A stretch of DNA of 64,000 nucleotides from Octopus vulgaris. Lineage: Eukaryota. The position numbers and the translations under genes were made by a program. Under the pieces are notes generated by a model. The model ran no database searches, had not been told where the DNA came from, and saw nothing but the letters and a program-made list of their open reading frames with translations. Location: contig OX597831.1 of NCBI GenBank assembly GCA_951406725.2, forward strand, positions 46,686,001-46,750,000, in the 5' to 3' direction. Below, one piece after another: positions 26,372 to 39,796 of this stretch (positions are counted from its first letter, which is position 1; every line of letters begins with the position of its first letter).

Positions 26372-27172
26372 TAAGAGAGTGGTCACTATATGGCTCACTC
26401 TAGCACGCCAGATTTTACCATAACGATAAATACACGTGTGGTTCAATTGATTACATCCGACGTTATAATTCAAATGCCCCAACTAACAGCGCACCAAACT
26501 TTCACGGAAAACAAATACTGCATTTAGAAATAAATGCAGCATAATTATAATTAATTAATAAGGGTGAGAGAATTAGATACTAATTTAATAGTATATCTAT
26601 TCAACACCAAGTGGCCTAGTGCTCCGAGAAACCTGGATTATTATAATATTTTATAATATATTATAATATTTTTACAAAATAAATATAAGAGAGTGGTCAC
26701 TATATGGCTCACTCTAGCACTAGTTAATCCAAAAGGTTTCAACCACAAAAATACATGTTTCCCATGAAAGTCAGTACGATCGTTAGCTCACACGGACAGG
26801 GCAAATAAAAAATAACAAAAATACAGATTATTTTGGGACAATTGTTTCGCTATTAATGAATTAAATGTAATTTTACTTACAAAAAAATCCACTTGTAGCT
26901 CGTCAGCCAAAACTATCTGGATGAAATCCACTCAATCACACGCCAGATTTTACCATAACTATAAATACACGTGTGGTTCAATTGATTACATCCGACGTTA
27001 TAATTCAAATGCCCCAACTAACAGCGCGCCAAACTTTCACGGAAAACAAAAAAATATTATAATATATTATAAAATATTATAATAATCCAGGTTTCTCGGA
27101 GCACTAGGCCACTTGGTGTTGAATAGATATACTATTAAATTAGTATCTAATTCTCTCACCCTTATTGATTAA
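26365..27172. mobile_element. Penelope-like pLTR composite with direct and inverted segments
   Basis: Direct repeats 26365-26515 vs 26677-26720 plus 26938-27050; 123-bp inverted repeat 26551-26673/27050-27172; hammerhead inside; flanked by (TA)n. Confidence 0.75.
26824..26919 (-). ncRNA. Type I hammerhead ribozyme (minimal, palindromic stem III, large loop II)
   Basis: Minus: TTTTGG-CTGACGA-GCTA-(about 43 nt)-TAGC-GAAA-CAATTG-TC^-CCAAAA; stem I extends to about 12 bp with one mismatch. Confidence 0.82.
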
Positions 27173-27199
27173 TATATATATATATATATATATACGTGT

Positions 27200-27355
27200 G
27201 CGTGTGATGGACTTCTTTCAGTTTCCATCTAACAAATCCACTCACAAGGCTTTGGTCGGCCCGAGGCGATAGTAGAGAACACTTGCCAAAGATGCCACGC
27301 AGTGGGCTGAACCGGGATGGGAAGCAAGCTTCTTACCACACACCCACTCCTGTAC
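27200..27355 (-). mobile_element. SINE family B, 5' half
   Basis: Reverse complement of head and CORE-like part. Confidence 0.75.
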
Positions 27356-28089
27356 TTTACGAAAGACCACGAGGTCGATGATAAATTTTGATTTCAGTAG
27401 TAGTCAATGGAAGACGGGTGATGAGGTTTTGAGTTAAGACATCAATTTGTTGTGGGTAATTTTCCGTGAAATGCCAGCACATATCCCAAAACCACATTAA
27501 GAGCGAAAAAGCTAAGGTAACTGAAGAATATATAGTAAAAGGTGTCCTAACCAGAGAGTGAACTAGTGACTAATAACAGGCTTGAACTCATAAACCGTCA
27601 GTTGCTGGATTGCACATCTTACTATTATTATTATTCGAATATTTTGTATCTTAAGCGAAATCAAATAAAACAAAGAAGTCTTCATTGAAAATCGTTTTAT
27701 GAAGAAAGGTGAAACAAATTACTTTAATGTCTACTTGGTTGCTTGGAATTCAATGTTTACTTAACACATCTGAAATTAAACTGACTACAAGGTTTATTAT
27801 GCAACACATTTAGATGTGTTTGCACAACACACGTCTAGAAACACGACAGGAATTTCGATAGAAACAACAAAAACGTTAAGTCTAAGGAGAAGGACTGATG
27901 AAGCAACATTAATCGAAAACTTTCAAGTAGTTGAATGACTTACAACATTTGTCTTGGACAACATTCTCGTGGATAATTATTTGCGTAGTTATGGCGGTGA
28001 AAGAATATTTAAGGTTTTCAGTAATTAAACACACCCGAAGTGTGTGTGTGAGTGAGTGTGTGTGGTGCTCGCGTCCGTGTAGTTGTGTT

Positions 28090-28123
<34 letters not shown>

Positions 28124-28180
28124 TGTATGTATGTATGTATGTATGTATGTATGTATGAATATATATATATATACATACAT

Positions 28181-28251
<71 letters not shown>

Positions 28252-28318
28252 GTATGCGTGTGTGTGTATATATATACGTATGTATATATTTGAATTGATA
28301 CACATATATCCAGAGAAA

Positions 28319-28358
<40 letters not shown>

Positions 28359-28406
28359 GTTTGTGGGAAAGAGTTATAAAGAAAGCAAGTAGGCTAGAAA
28401 GAAAGT

Positions 28407-28449
<43 letters not shown>

Positions 28450-28865
28450 GAAGGAAGAAATAGAGGAAGAAAGAAAGAAAGAAAGAAAGAATGAAATAAA
28501 GAGAGCTGGTGGAAAATAAAGTAATTCACAACAATCAACTCATAGTCTATACTAGACATGTTGATATATTCAGGGTGATAGATACTGGCGAACAGACTAG
28601 TAAGTTTAACCATAATCTTCAAAAATAATTTTCCGTACATTTACGATGCAGAATTAGCTTTGATATGATCTGAATTAATAAGTGATGTGATTTGTATTGA
28701 TATCAATTCAAATTATATCACTTCTCAGTTCCTATTATAAAGTTATGAATAAGAGACAAGGCGTATAGTAACACAGTTTACACCCCCAAAATATACTAGC
28801 GAATGCTTATACACACACACACCCACACACCCACACACACACACACACAAATGTTTATATAAGCA

Positions 28866-29240
28866 TAGGCGTGGTTGTGTGGGAAGGAGCTTGCTTCCCA
28901 ACCACATGCTTCCGGGTTCAGATCCACTGTGTGGCACTGTGTGACACTACGTTAAACTATATCCACAGGCCCACCAAATCCTTGTGAGTGGATTTGGTCG
29001 ACGGAAACTGAAAGAAGGCCAACGTATGTGTGTGTGTGTGTTTGTTGTGTCTGTGTTTGTCTTTCACTATTGTTTGAAAACCGGTGTCGGTGTTGTTTTC
29101 GTCACTGTAACTGATGAAAGAAGTACCAGGTTTAACTAAAAATAAGTCCTGGGTGGGTCCATTCGACTAACGATTCTACAAGGCGGTGCCCCAGCATGGC
29201 CGTAGTCTAATGACTGAAACAACTGAAAGATAAAAGATAA
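28866..29240 (+). mobile_element. SINE family B, diverged
   Basis: Head, (TG)n, tail CCAGCATGGCCGTAGTCTAATGACTGAAAC. Confidence 0.85.
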
Positions 29241-29996
29241 TCTCGCTATCATTGAACCTCCCTCCCAATACAAAATATGTTAACTCGCTTCTTAGACAAG
29301 CATTAAAAGTTTCATCTATTAACTAAACTCATATATAACACTATGTATCAAAATTTATATTTTATTCTTGTCTTTGGTCAGTAAGTGTTATTTCCTATTT
29401 GCTTCTATCTACAATGCAAAGGAAATGACATCAATACCCTTCAACTTTACTTTTGTGCCTTGGACAGCAATGTTTTGAAACTGACCTATTTTCATTACAT
29501 TTCAGACAGATTCAGTGCTGAATTGCTGAAGCAGAAATTTCGTTATAGCAAATTTTCTGCTCAAGGGCAAAAATTTTGTTACGCAATGTAATGAAATCCT
29601 TTGCGTGAAGTACATTAGTACACAATGGGTACCCAAATATTTTAGTAGATCAATCTATACAACAATTACAAAACGATCATAAAATGAATATATCAGTAAA
29701 AATTTATAAATATATGCACCGCAGCTGAATATAAAACTGATAACTAAAAGTTATTGAAATTACACCCGAAAAATTTCTTCACAAACACGAGGTCATAAAC
29801 TAGCAAGGTGCCACGCAGTGGGAATGAACCCGGAACCATGTGATTGGTAAGCAAGCTACTTATCACACAGCCACATCTGCGCCTACGTACACACGTATAT
29901 GTGTGTCTGTGTATGTGAGTGTGTGTATATATATATCACACAGCCACATCTGCATATATATATATACACACACACTCACACACACACACTCACACA

Positions 29997-30079
<83 letters not shown>

Positions 30080-30578
30080 GGACCCGCTCCGTAAGTCATA
30101 AGATATTGCCCACTGATAATGGTTGGTAAAATTCGCAATCAAATCTCACTGAAATCCAGCAGTACCGTCTTAAAGGTCACATTCAATAATGTCGTCTGTA
30201 TACTCCATAAAATGGTCATGTTAGGAACGACTTCGATCATATGCCTGACCAGCCATAGTAAACCTGGGGCTATGTTCAAGACATAATTAAACAGCAACAT
30301 TAGAAGTAGAAAAAGAAAAACGAACCTACATATCTTCATTCGAAAAGATTAACTTTTAACCACTGGACCATAGCAAGGGGACAATTTAAATCTGGAAAGT
30401 ATTTATTGATGATGTAGAGTGTCACTGAATTTATTAGTTATTAATTGCTTCCGTTAATTAATGCAGTCCAGTGTTATTTATTTTCCCAGTCCGTTTGTCT
30501 TTCGATGTTTGGGCTTTCTGGAAGAAGATTTACGACCGTCGGTTAAACGTTTGGACTGAGCGACACCGAATGCACAGG

Positions 30579-31128
30579 GAGAAGGAAAGGAAGAAGAAGA
30601 AGAAGAAGAAGAAGAAGAAGAAGAAGAAGAAGAAGAAGAAGATGATGATGATGATGATGATGATGATGATAATGATGACGACGACGACGACGAAGACGGA
30701 GAAAAAGAAGATGATGATGATGATGATGATGATGACGACGACGACGAAGACGAAGAAGAAGAAGAAGAAGAAGAAGAAGAAGAAGAAGAAGAAGAAGAAA
30801 AAGAAGGAAGATGAAGAAGAAGAAGAAGAAGAAGAAGAAGAAGAAGAAGAAGAAAAAGAAGAAAAAGATGAGGAAGATGAAGAAGAAGATGGGGAAGAAG
30901 AAGAAGAAGATGGGGAAGAAGAAGAAGAAGAAGAAGAAGAAGAAGAAGAAGAAGAAGAAGAAAAAAAAAAAGAAGAAGAAAAAGGAGAAGAAAAAGATGA
31001 GGAAGATGAAGAAGAAAAAGATGAGGCAGAAGAAGAAGAAGAAGAAGAAGAAGAAGAAGAAGAAGAAGAAGAAGAAGAAGAAGAAGAAGAAGAAGAAGAA
31101 GAATATGAGGAAGAAGAAGAAGAAGAAT
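30579..31128. repeat. Purine-rich (GAA)/(GAT)/(GAC) compound trinucleotide tract, about 550 bp
   Basis: Direct inspection. Confidence 0.95.
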
Positions 31129-31698
31129 GCTGGGTTATCTACTTATTAAATGCCTTTTGCCCTGAAAAGAGAACAATGATATTTAATATGATCTTTATAG
31201 CCATACACTTGAAACATGGAAAATGGATCCTCTGTCTGCTACGACGATTAGCATCCCAATTCTTCTAACACTCGAACTAATTAACACTCGTTGTATTAGC
31301 GCAAACATTTGTTCCCTTAATATAGCCCTGAGACCGAATTAGTGGGACAATGTTTGCTACAATTTTGGCACTTTGCATAAAGGTACATTCCATCTGACGG
31401 GCTTCTGCATAATTTTCATCGACCCATTTTCACTCACTCACAAGTTTGGGATCCACCTGAGTCTATGGTAAAAGAAATTCCCTATATGCCAGAATGGGAT
31501 CGAACTTGCAACCATGATTGCTAAACGAACTTCCTACACTCTCAGACATGTTTATTAACACACATACACACACATTCGCACATACATAAGCACCTACGTA
31601 CACACGTATATATGTGTCTGTGTATGTGAGTGTGTGTATATATATATTTAGGTATGTGTGTATGTATGTTTGTATGTATGTATTATGCATGTATGTTG

Positions 31699-31870
31699 TG
31701 AAGGCCCATGGCTCAGTGGTAAGAGCGCCGGGTTCACAATCGTGAGGTAGTGAGTTCGGTTCCCGGACAGGGCAGTGTGCTGGTGTTCTTGAGCAAAACA
31801 CTTTGTTTCACGTTGTTCCAGTTCCCTCAGCTGTAGAAATGAGTTGCAACGTCACTAGTGCCCAGTTGTA
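31699..31870 (+). mobile_element. tRNA-derived SINE family D, 3'-truncated at (TATG)n
   Basis: A box TGGCTCAGTGG, B box GAGTTCGGTTCC; body shared with 50211. Confidence 0.85.
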
Positions 31871-33367
31871 TGTATGTATGTATGTATGTATGTATGTATG
31901 TATGTATGTATGTATGTATGTATGTATGTATGTATGTATGTATGTATGTATGTATGTATGTTGCTTCCTGTTTATACTCATTTCCCATATTCGATTATGA
32001 TTCTCTTCTCCTTCAATTGTGGATACTCTGGTAACTACCACCCAATTTTCGATAACCAACTTCGGTTACAGTACGGAAGCGATACATTATTTGGTCGAAG
32101 CATTTATGTATTAGTCTTTTGGTACGTTTCTTTTCTACCTCCTTCTAGTGTTGCTGAGTTTCTTCCCCCATTCCCTTCCAGTATTGAGAACTTCATAGAA
32201 AACGTCTGATAGTGAGAACGTCTTCTATTCTTGCAGAGTTGTTCTCCTCCATTTCAGTTGCTTTTCTAAATCGTCTGCTTGGTTCGACTTCCATGCGATA
32301 AACATAATGTAACTAACCGTAGAATATTATAAGTAAAAGATACAAGTCAGACATACAGACGACATTTCCGAGACATTTCAACCGATGTTTGTATAATGTG
32401 GATTCAACGCTTTTGGTTTTGATTCGATGGAGGATATTTGCGTGCACAATCCTACCTTACTTGGAGACAGAATGGGAAGTTCTACTAAATGCAGCTAAAG
32501 AAATTAGTATATGTAGAGCATTTGTATCGCATACTATATGAAAAGTTGTGTTCGACAAAAATGTGACGTAGTATGGCGGTTTGTTAACAATAGAGTTTAG
32601 GGATAGGTACGTTTCTTACACCCAACAAACTCCATTGTTTATTTGGCCTACAATATTGTACAACAGTGAATGCCTCAAATAAACGTGAAAGTAACAACAC
32701 ACGAAGGAGCTTACGTATAATTGCACGACATGCTAAGAATAGCGGCTGCTAAATCTTCCTCAAATTATTACTGTTTGATATAGACGTATGAAGTATTATG
32801 TTGAGTTGAAAGGAAGTTGCCATAAAATATTTAGAACATAAGAAATAATGTAATGCAAACAACTGGAAACAAATAAAACATATCTTACCAGTCCGAACAA
32901 GCTATTAAATCTATATGTTCTTTTATTTTCTATTAAACCATTTTTGGTCGTAATTATTTTTCTTCCTGTTTGGACAATTAAACCAAAAATAGTAACTTTT
33001 ATTTTTAGGTTTCTAAATGCGGTTAAAGGAAAGCTTATATTGAATAGAAACATTCCATTTGTAAGGAATATGGCACAGTTAGATCCAAAGACTCGTTTTT
33101 AATGACATGTTAGTGTTAATAAGAAGAATGACTTTTTACATCGACACAAGTTCTCAGAGAATGAATGAAGTTATTTGAATTTATCTTGCACATGACGTAT
33201 TGTATCGAGGTTGATAAGATATAAAGGAAATTGATCTTTGCAGAATGTGAGCTAAGAAAACCCAATATGGCTGGGTGCGAATGTACAGAATACTTATGGT
33301 ATCAAAGAGAAAGTCAAACATGTAAACAGTAAATTTAGGCAGTGAACAACGAGCTGATCATCGGCAA

Positions 33368-33416
<49 letters not shown>

Positions 33417-34542
33417 AGACAGATAGTGAGAGATGCAGGGATATATGTTGAACAAAGACTATCAAGAACAGCTTAGAGAAAAACAACCTGTACTAAGAGA
33501 AAAGACAAACAATGGACAGTTGCTTAAACTGAGAAAAGCTCAAATAAGACACAGACAATGGTAAAGATAATTTAGTCCTCGTTTGATACATCAAAATGAG
33601 CAAGTTTCTGTTGGATCATACAACGTTAGAAAAATTCACTCACTGTGACACGTTAGGATTTAGAAATGATCCTCTAAATGATGTAGTAAGATTTCCTCCT
33701 CTGTAGTTTTATCCTATTCACTGATGCGTTAACTTAGGAAAGTCATAATTTCAGGCAAAAAATATCCAAAATTATAATTGCGCTGTTTTTTTTTTATTCA
33801 TTTGATGCAAAACTTTATTCGCCTAGAGGAAAGGTAACTTAATGTTCTAAAATTCAAAGTCAGGCAGACCATTCTGCTTCTACTATGTGAACAGAAAACC
33901 CAGCATGTTGCAACTATATGTTGTTGATGCTATGAGGTTTTACGATACTGGACAAAAGCAATTTTTAATTCAGCATGATTGCCTAATGCAATGAACACAA
34001 TATAACAAATTATGATTTTTTTCACAACTCATACACTTAATTATATAAAAGTAGGTACCAGGGTAGTGATGAAAAATTAAGTAAATTGTGATGCACGTCA
34101 GATGCACGGTAATATACTGCATATTGAAGAACGTCAGCTCAGGTTTGAAATAAGTGTTTTAATGCTGCCATCTTGCAGAGAGAGAGATGGCTTCAGTGAA
34201 TTCACAGTTCAGTAAAATTTTTTCATCAATAATTAATCGAAGTATATGTCAAAGTTGAGGATGTACGTAAAAAAATATCCAGTCTCTGCTACGAACAGCG
34301 CAAGGGACTGACGAATCACTTTGCTGCTAAAGAAGATCAGATTCATTTTATCTTTGCTAACACTATACATTATCTAAATTGTAATTAGTCACGACCCACA
34401 ACCCGTTTTCTAAATCATTAATATATACAGCTTTAACAAAATGAAACAATATCATAATGATATATAAATTCATGCCTCAAAATATAAGGAAGAACATTTA
34501 CAAAACGTGAAAGTTTCCCAGAACCTATAAGTTATTATCTAA

Positions 34543-34720
34543 AGCGGTGACCTGACAGAAACGTTGGTACGCAAGGCAAAATGCTTAGCGGCATTTCGCC
34601 TGTCGTTAGTTCTAAGTTCAAATTCCGCCGAGGTCGGCATTGCCTTACATACTTTCGGGATCAATATAGTTAATTGTCTCCTTCCCTGAAATTACTGGCA
34701 TTGTGCCAAAATTTGAAATC
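34543..34720 (+). mobile_element. SINE family A, diverged
   Basis: AAGTTCAAATTCCGCCGAGGTCGGC; tail GTGCCAAAATTTGAAA. Confidence 0.8.
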
Positions 34721-35587
34721 ATTATTATTATTGTTGTTTTGAGGTTTACCCCATCAATATGAGAGGTAATTTTCGAAAGATTGTCGCCTAATATCTCCAA
34801 TCATTGTCGAAAATGGTGGTCAAATTTCGGAGTACCTGAAATACAAAAGAAAAGGAAGAAACTACCCTCTGGTTCTCTATTGTTCTCTTGTTACCTCCCT
34901 TTTTGTTTATGGCGATATCTTTAATTACATACAGCATAGATACAAAAATATCGGCTGTTAGGATCCTTTAACAAGGACTGCAACTTTTTCCTGTCTCAAG
35001 CGGCTTCTAAAGAAATTGTATGGTATACAATATTGAAAGTGCAGAGGTCAGATCTCCTGTTCGATATCGAAACCCTCAACTTTTTTCCTTCGTCTATTAA
35101 TTCTAAAGTAAATATGTAGATTTCAGTAACAAAGGCATTCTAAAGTTAAAGCAACATGAAAAATATGATAAAGGTGATCTTCAAAACGGAACAGACAAAG
35201 CCAAGGTGTAAACGAAAAAATTCTCAATTAGAGAACTCTTGAATTAAAATTCTTAAAAAAGAAAAGGATTCGACACAGGGTGAAGATCCTGTTGAATCGC
35301 AAGAACGATTGGCAAAACAACTGAAGCATTTACTTACAACTCTTTAATTACAACGAATTCAAATTCTGCCAAGCTTAATTTTGCCTTTCAACCTTTAGGA
35401 ATTCATAAAATTAAGCTCCAGTAGAACGATGGGGACGATTTAATATTCCAAAGAAATGTTCTAGATATGAGTGGAATGAAATAGAGAGAGTTGGGAAAAT
35501 GAGATGAACCTAGCTGTTATTTGTTTATACGCAAAGATCATTGAAAAACAAAACCCTATTCTTTTCGAATATCTAAAGAAATAATAG

Positions 35588-35785
35588 CTTCAAATTTTGA
35601 CACAGGGCAAATAGTTTTTGAGAGTCGATTACATCGACCCCAGTACTTGACTGATACTTATTTTATCGACCCAGAAAAGATGAAAGGCAAAGCCGACTTA
35701 CGTGGGATTTGAAATCAGAATATAAAGATGGACGATATGCTGCTAAGTCGTTTGTCCGCCATTTTAACAATTCTATCAGCTCATC
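35588..35785 (-). mobile_element. SINE family A, diverged
   Basis: GTCGATTACATCGACCCCAGTAC...GATGAAAGGCAAAG. Confidence 0.8.
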
Positions 35786-37270
35786 TTAATATTTAAAGAA
35801 ACAACAAAAACATTCAATTATATGTTTTTTTTTCTTTTTGATTATTTTGATGTAATCAATAAACTCAAAAACAAAGCAAAAAAAAAAAACGTATCCTATT
35901 TATCTGAAATCAATTTTCAAAAGGCTTTTTTCTGTATTTCAGAAAATCAACAAGTGTCGGTTTCTCTAAGATTAGATCTCAGTCAACAGTTTTCCTTGCT
36001 TGTGTTTAACATATTCGAATACTTTGATGTGTTGCGACATTGCCCACAATAAACAGGGATAGTTGTGTGTGTGAGTGTGTACACAGACAGAGGATAGGGA
36101 AGGAAAAGAGATAGCAAGAAAGAGTGAGGGAGAGAGAGAAAGAGAGAGGGGGGTATGTGTGTGCATATATTATGAGTGTGTGCATCTATGTGTGCAAGCA
36201 TACACCTTCTATTTATGTCAAAACCGGTGTATGTTTATGATGCTGGTCGATAGAGATCGATAAGGCAAATATCAGACTGAAATAAATACCGGGGTCTTTT
36301 TGTTTGACTAAAGCCCAGAATGCAATGCTCCAGTATGACCGCATTCCAATGGCAGAAACCAAACACTCAATATATACATATACACAGTGACTCATATATT
36401 TATATATGACATTTATACACATGCGCACACATTTTCATGCTACCTCTATAAATTGCCATGCACCTGTCTCTATACTGTAGCCCATACCCATTCACAATTT
36501 ATGAATTGTACCTATCTTTTCAGCCATGGGTGTGGTTACATGTGGTATATAAAAGAGAAAATGCTTATTCATTTAAAAGAAATTGTAAAGTAAGCTAACA
36601 ATGTCCTTGCTCTAGTGTTCACGGTAATTTCTCGGTGCATTAAAACCTAAGAAAACTGCAGAAGAAAATTACAGCTGGGAATTCTATGTTGGATTAAAAA
36701 AAAAAACTTTTAATTTCATATTTGTAAATAAGACACTTCTTATATGAGTGGGTATACAATAAAAGGTGCATTGATGCTAAATAAATGCCCATGAAGAGAA
36801 GTTATTGCGCGAAATTTGCAACGATAAGTTATTCCAGAACTTTCAACTCATTATTTAATAGCTAGTTTTGATTTCAATTTACTGAACTGCAATGATAGAA
36901 GAAGAGTGGCATATTAAATTCAAGCGGGAACCTCTATATGGAGACTAGACATAGCAACTAGTGTCACTCGATTCATGTCCTACAGTCCTGCAAGGAAGGA
37001 AAGACTTATTGGAAAATGGTGTTACTGATCTACAAAAAAATTGAGTTGGGCTTAGCTTTAATTCCTTTCACTAGGAACCTGATAGATTCATTTCCAAACT
37101 GGGGCTATGCAACAACATGCAATAATCAGTTTCTTCTGTTTACAGTGATAGTTCGAATACTGTAAGTGTGGAGTTTACTTTGTATCACTCCGGGGAATAA
37201 TGCAACTAACTATTCATATGTAGTCAACTAATTACACTTTCAAAAACAGCCAAATTTAGAAATCATTGTT

Positions 37271-37337
<67 letters not shown>

Positions 37338-37374
37338 GGTGGTGGTGGTGGTGGCGGCGGCGGCGGCGGCGGTG

Positions 37375-37443
<69 letters not shown>
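37271..37443. repeat. Symmetric compound microsatellite (AGT)n(GGT)n(GGC)n(GGT)n(AGT)n
   Basis: Direct inspection. Confidence 0.95.
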
Positions 37444-38269
37444 AAAGATTGTGTATTGACTGATACTAAAGATTGCCGGGAAGCAAAATATCACTACATG
37501 CTACTTATTTCCATATCTTCCTGAAGATTTGAACACGGAATATAAAGGCTCGAAACTAAATGCCGAAAGAATTTTAATTCAGAACTTTACCATTTCATCG
37601 CCATCACATTTCTGCTTAAAAGTAAAGCGTCTTCGAACCTAAAGCTAGATTATAATGTTAGCGTTTTAGCAACTACAAACACCACTGCCATCCTGACTCT
37701 TCTTATGTGTGTATTTATATCTGATATAACTTCATATTATTTTAACGTCATCAACGGCTGTAATTTCAGTGTTATTTCGTCCCTGCTCTTCGAGAGTTTG
37801 GCAGCAACGAGGGAACTGTTGTGCCTCCTCACCTTTTTCTTCTCAAGGTTTAAGAATCACTGCCACAGAGGTGTTGGAGAAAGTTATAAGGTCTTGGATA
37901 GGTAGAGAACGTAGCGGAAGACCGTACGTCTTCTGTGAGGCCGCATAAGGCTGAGACAACCCAAGCATGGATGCATGTCAATCTCCATGGTCATGTTCTC
38001 CTAAAAACATGGCCTTCTAGCTCGCCAGACCTCAATTAATTGTAGACAGCTAATTGTAATTAGCTTGAAAAAACTTGCACTATATATAATATAATGCAGT
38101 TATGTCACAAATAGCAAAGCAGTGGTTTTCAATTAGTTGTTTGTTGATCTTCTAGAAAACAAATGATTGACATACTCAAGTTTCTCGACTGACTGAAAGC
38201 CGAGACGGCATATTTTATCATCAATAAAATAGTCCTAGCGAGCAAAGCCGCGGGCGTTTGAGGAAGTCG

Positions 38270-38400
38270 ATCCGCCGAGATCGACTTTGCTTTTCGTCCT
38301 CAAGGGATCGATAAATTAAGTACCAGTTGAGTACTGGGGTCGACGTAAACTACTCAAACCGTCCCACCAAATTTCAGGCCTTGTGTCTATAGTAGAGAGG
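38270..38400 (+). mobile_element. SINE family A, 3' part, ending in (ATT)n
   Basis: CCGCCGAGATCGACTTTGC...GGCCTTGTGTCTATAGTAGA. Confidence 0.8.
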
Positions 38401-38469
<69 letters not shown>

Positions 38470-38470
38470 A

Positions 38471-38683
38471 TTGTAATCATTATTGAGTGAGTGTCCGTAA
38501 TAGAAGACACTTGCCCAAGGTGCCATACAGTGGAACTGAGCCCGGAACTATGTGGTTGGGGAATAAGCTTCTTACCACACAGCTACGCCTACAATTATGG
38601 GCAGTCATGCCTGACCCGTTTGACAGCCACACCTGCCCCTATGGACAACCACGCCTTCCCCTATGGACAGCCACGCATGCGCC

Positions 38684-38735
<52 letters not shown>

Positions 38736-38740
38736 CATCA

Positions 38741-38832
<92 letters not shown>

Positions 38833-39043
38833 GTAATCATTATTGAGTGAGTGCCTGTAATACAAGACACTTGCCCAAGGTGCCATACAGTGAAACTGAG
38901 CCCGGAACTATGTGGTTGGGGAATAAGCTTCTTACCACACAGCTCCGCCTACAATTATGGGCAGTCATACCTGACCCGTTTGACAGCCACACCTGCCTCT
39001 ATGGACAACCACGCCTTCCCTTATGGACAGCCATGCATACGCC

Positions 39044-39044
<1 letters not shown>
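38471..39044. repeat. 360-bp-period tandem duplication of a SINE-B head fragment between (ATT)n tracts
   Basis: 38471-38684 is nearly identical to 38831-39044. Confidence 0.9.
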
Positions 39045-39098
<54 letters not shown>

Positions 39099-39099
<1 letters not shown>

Positions 39100-39734
39100 T
39101 TTCTATGTTTGACTTTTGCTTTATGTTTGTACAAGTTGGCTCCAAGTCTCACCCAGAGACCTCAAGAGACAACAGGTTGAAAGTTCACGTTGTTGTTATG
39201 CCTAGTGTTCCATATATTTGGGGTTTTTTTCCCTTCTTTTTCTTTTTGGTGTTGTACTAGTGAATGTCTAATAAATAAATTTTAAAAAAAAATTTGTTTT
39301 AAACCTTGGGATTACATAAAGAGTATTTTGCGTAGGATATGATTGATTGATTTTAGTTTCAGCTCATGAGCTGTGGCCATGCTGGGGCACCGCCATTAGG
39401 GTATGAGCAGTTCCCATGAGCAGTTCCCATATGAGCAGTTCCCATGAGCACTATCTTTTGAATTTCTGCTATTTTGGGGTTTTCTGGTATCTGAGTTATG
39501 TAGCAATCAGCCCCTTTCGCTCTCATTCCCAGGGCACCTATGACAACAGGTATTGTTTTTAGTCTTCAGGTTCCATATTTTGCTGATTTCTATTTCAAGA
39601 TCTTTATATTTGCTCAGTTTTTGGTAGGTCTTGACAGATACGTTCATATCGATTGGGACAGTCATATCAATGAGGAGGCATGTTCTTTGTCTGAAGTCTT
39701 TCAATCTGTCAGTTTGAATGGTGAAGTTTGAATG

Positions 39735-39736
<2 letters not shown>
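39099..39736 (-). mobile_element. R4/Dong-like non-LTR retrotransposon 3' end (restriction-like endonuclease domain)
   Basis: FTIQTDR...CLLIDMTVPID...KLSKYKDLEIEISKIW...IPVVIGALG...IQKIVLMGTAH; (TAA)n on both sides. Confidence 0.85.
39343..39396 (-). mobile_element. 54-bp 5'-truncated LINE/SINE tail with (AATC)n, nested in the Dong element
   Basis: TSD TAGG(A/G)TATGA at 39333-39342 and 39397-39406; second copy at 56084-56147. Confidence 0.75.
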
Positions 39737-39794
<58 letters not shown>

Positions 39795-39796
39795 GT

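Noticed and set aside
27894-27930. CTGATGA...GAAA hammerhead-like motif
   Set aside because: Stem II does not pair and there is no valid stem I or cleavage triplet
30471-31268. 265-aa poly-K/M/E ORF
   Set aside because: Trinucleotide repeat expansion with no domain or splice support
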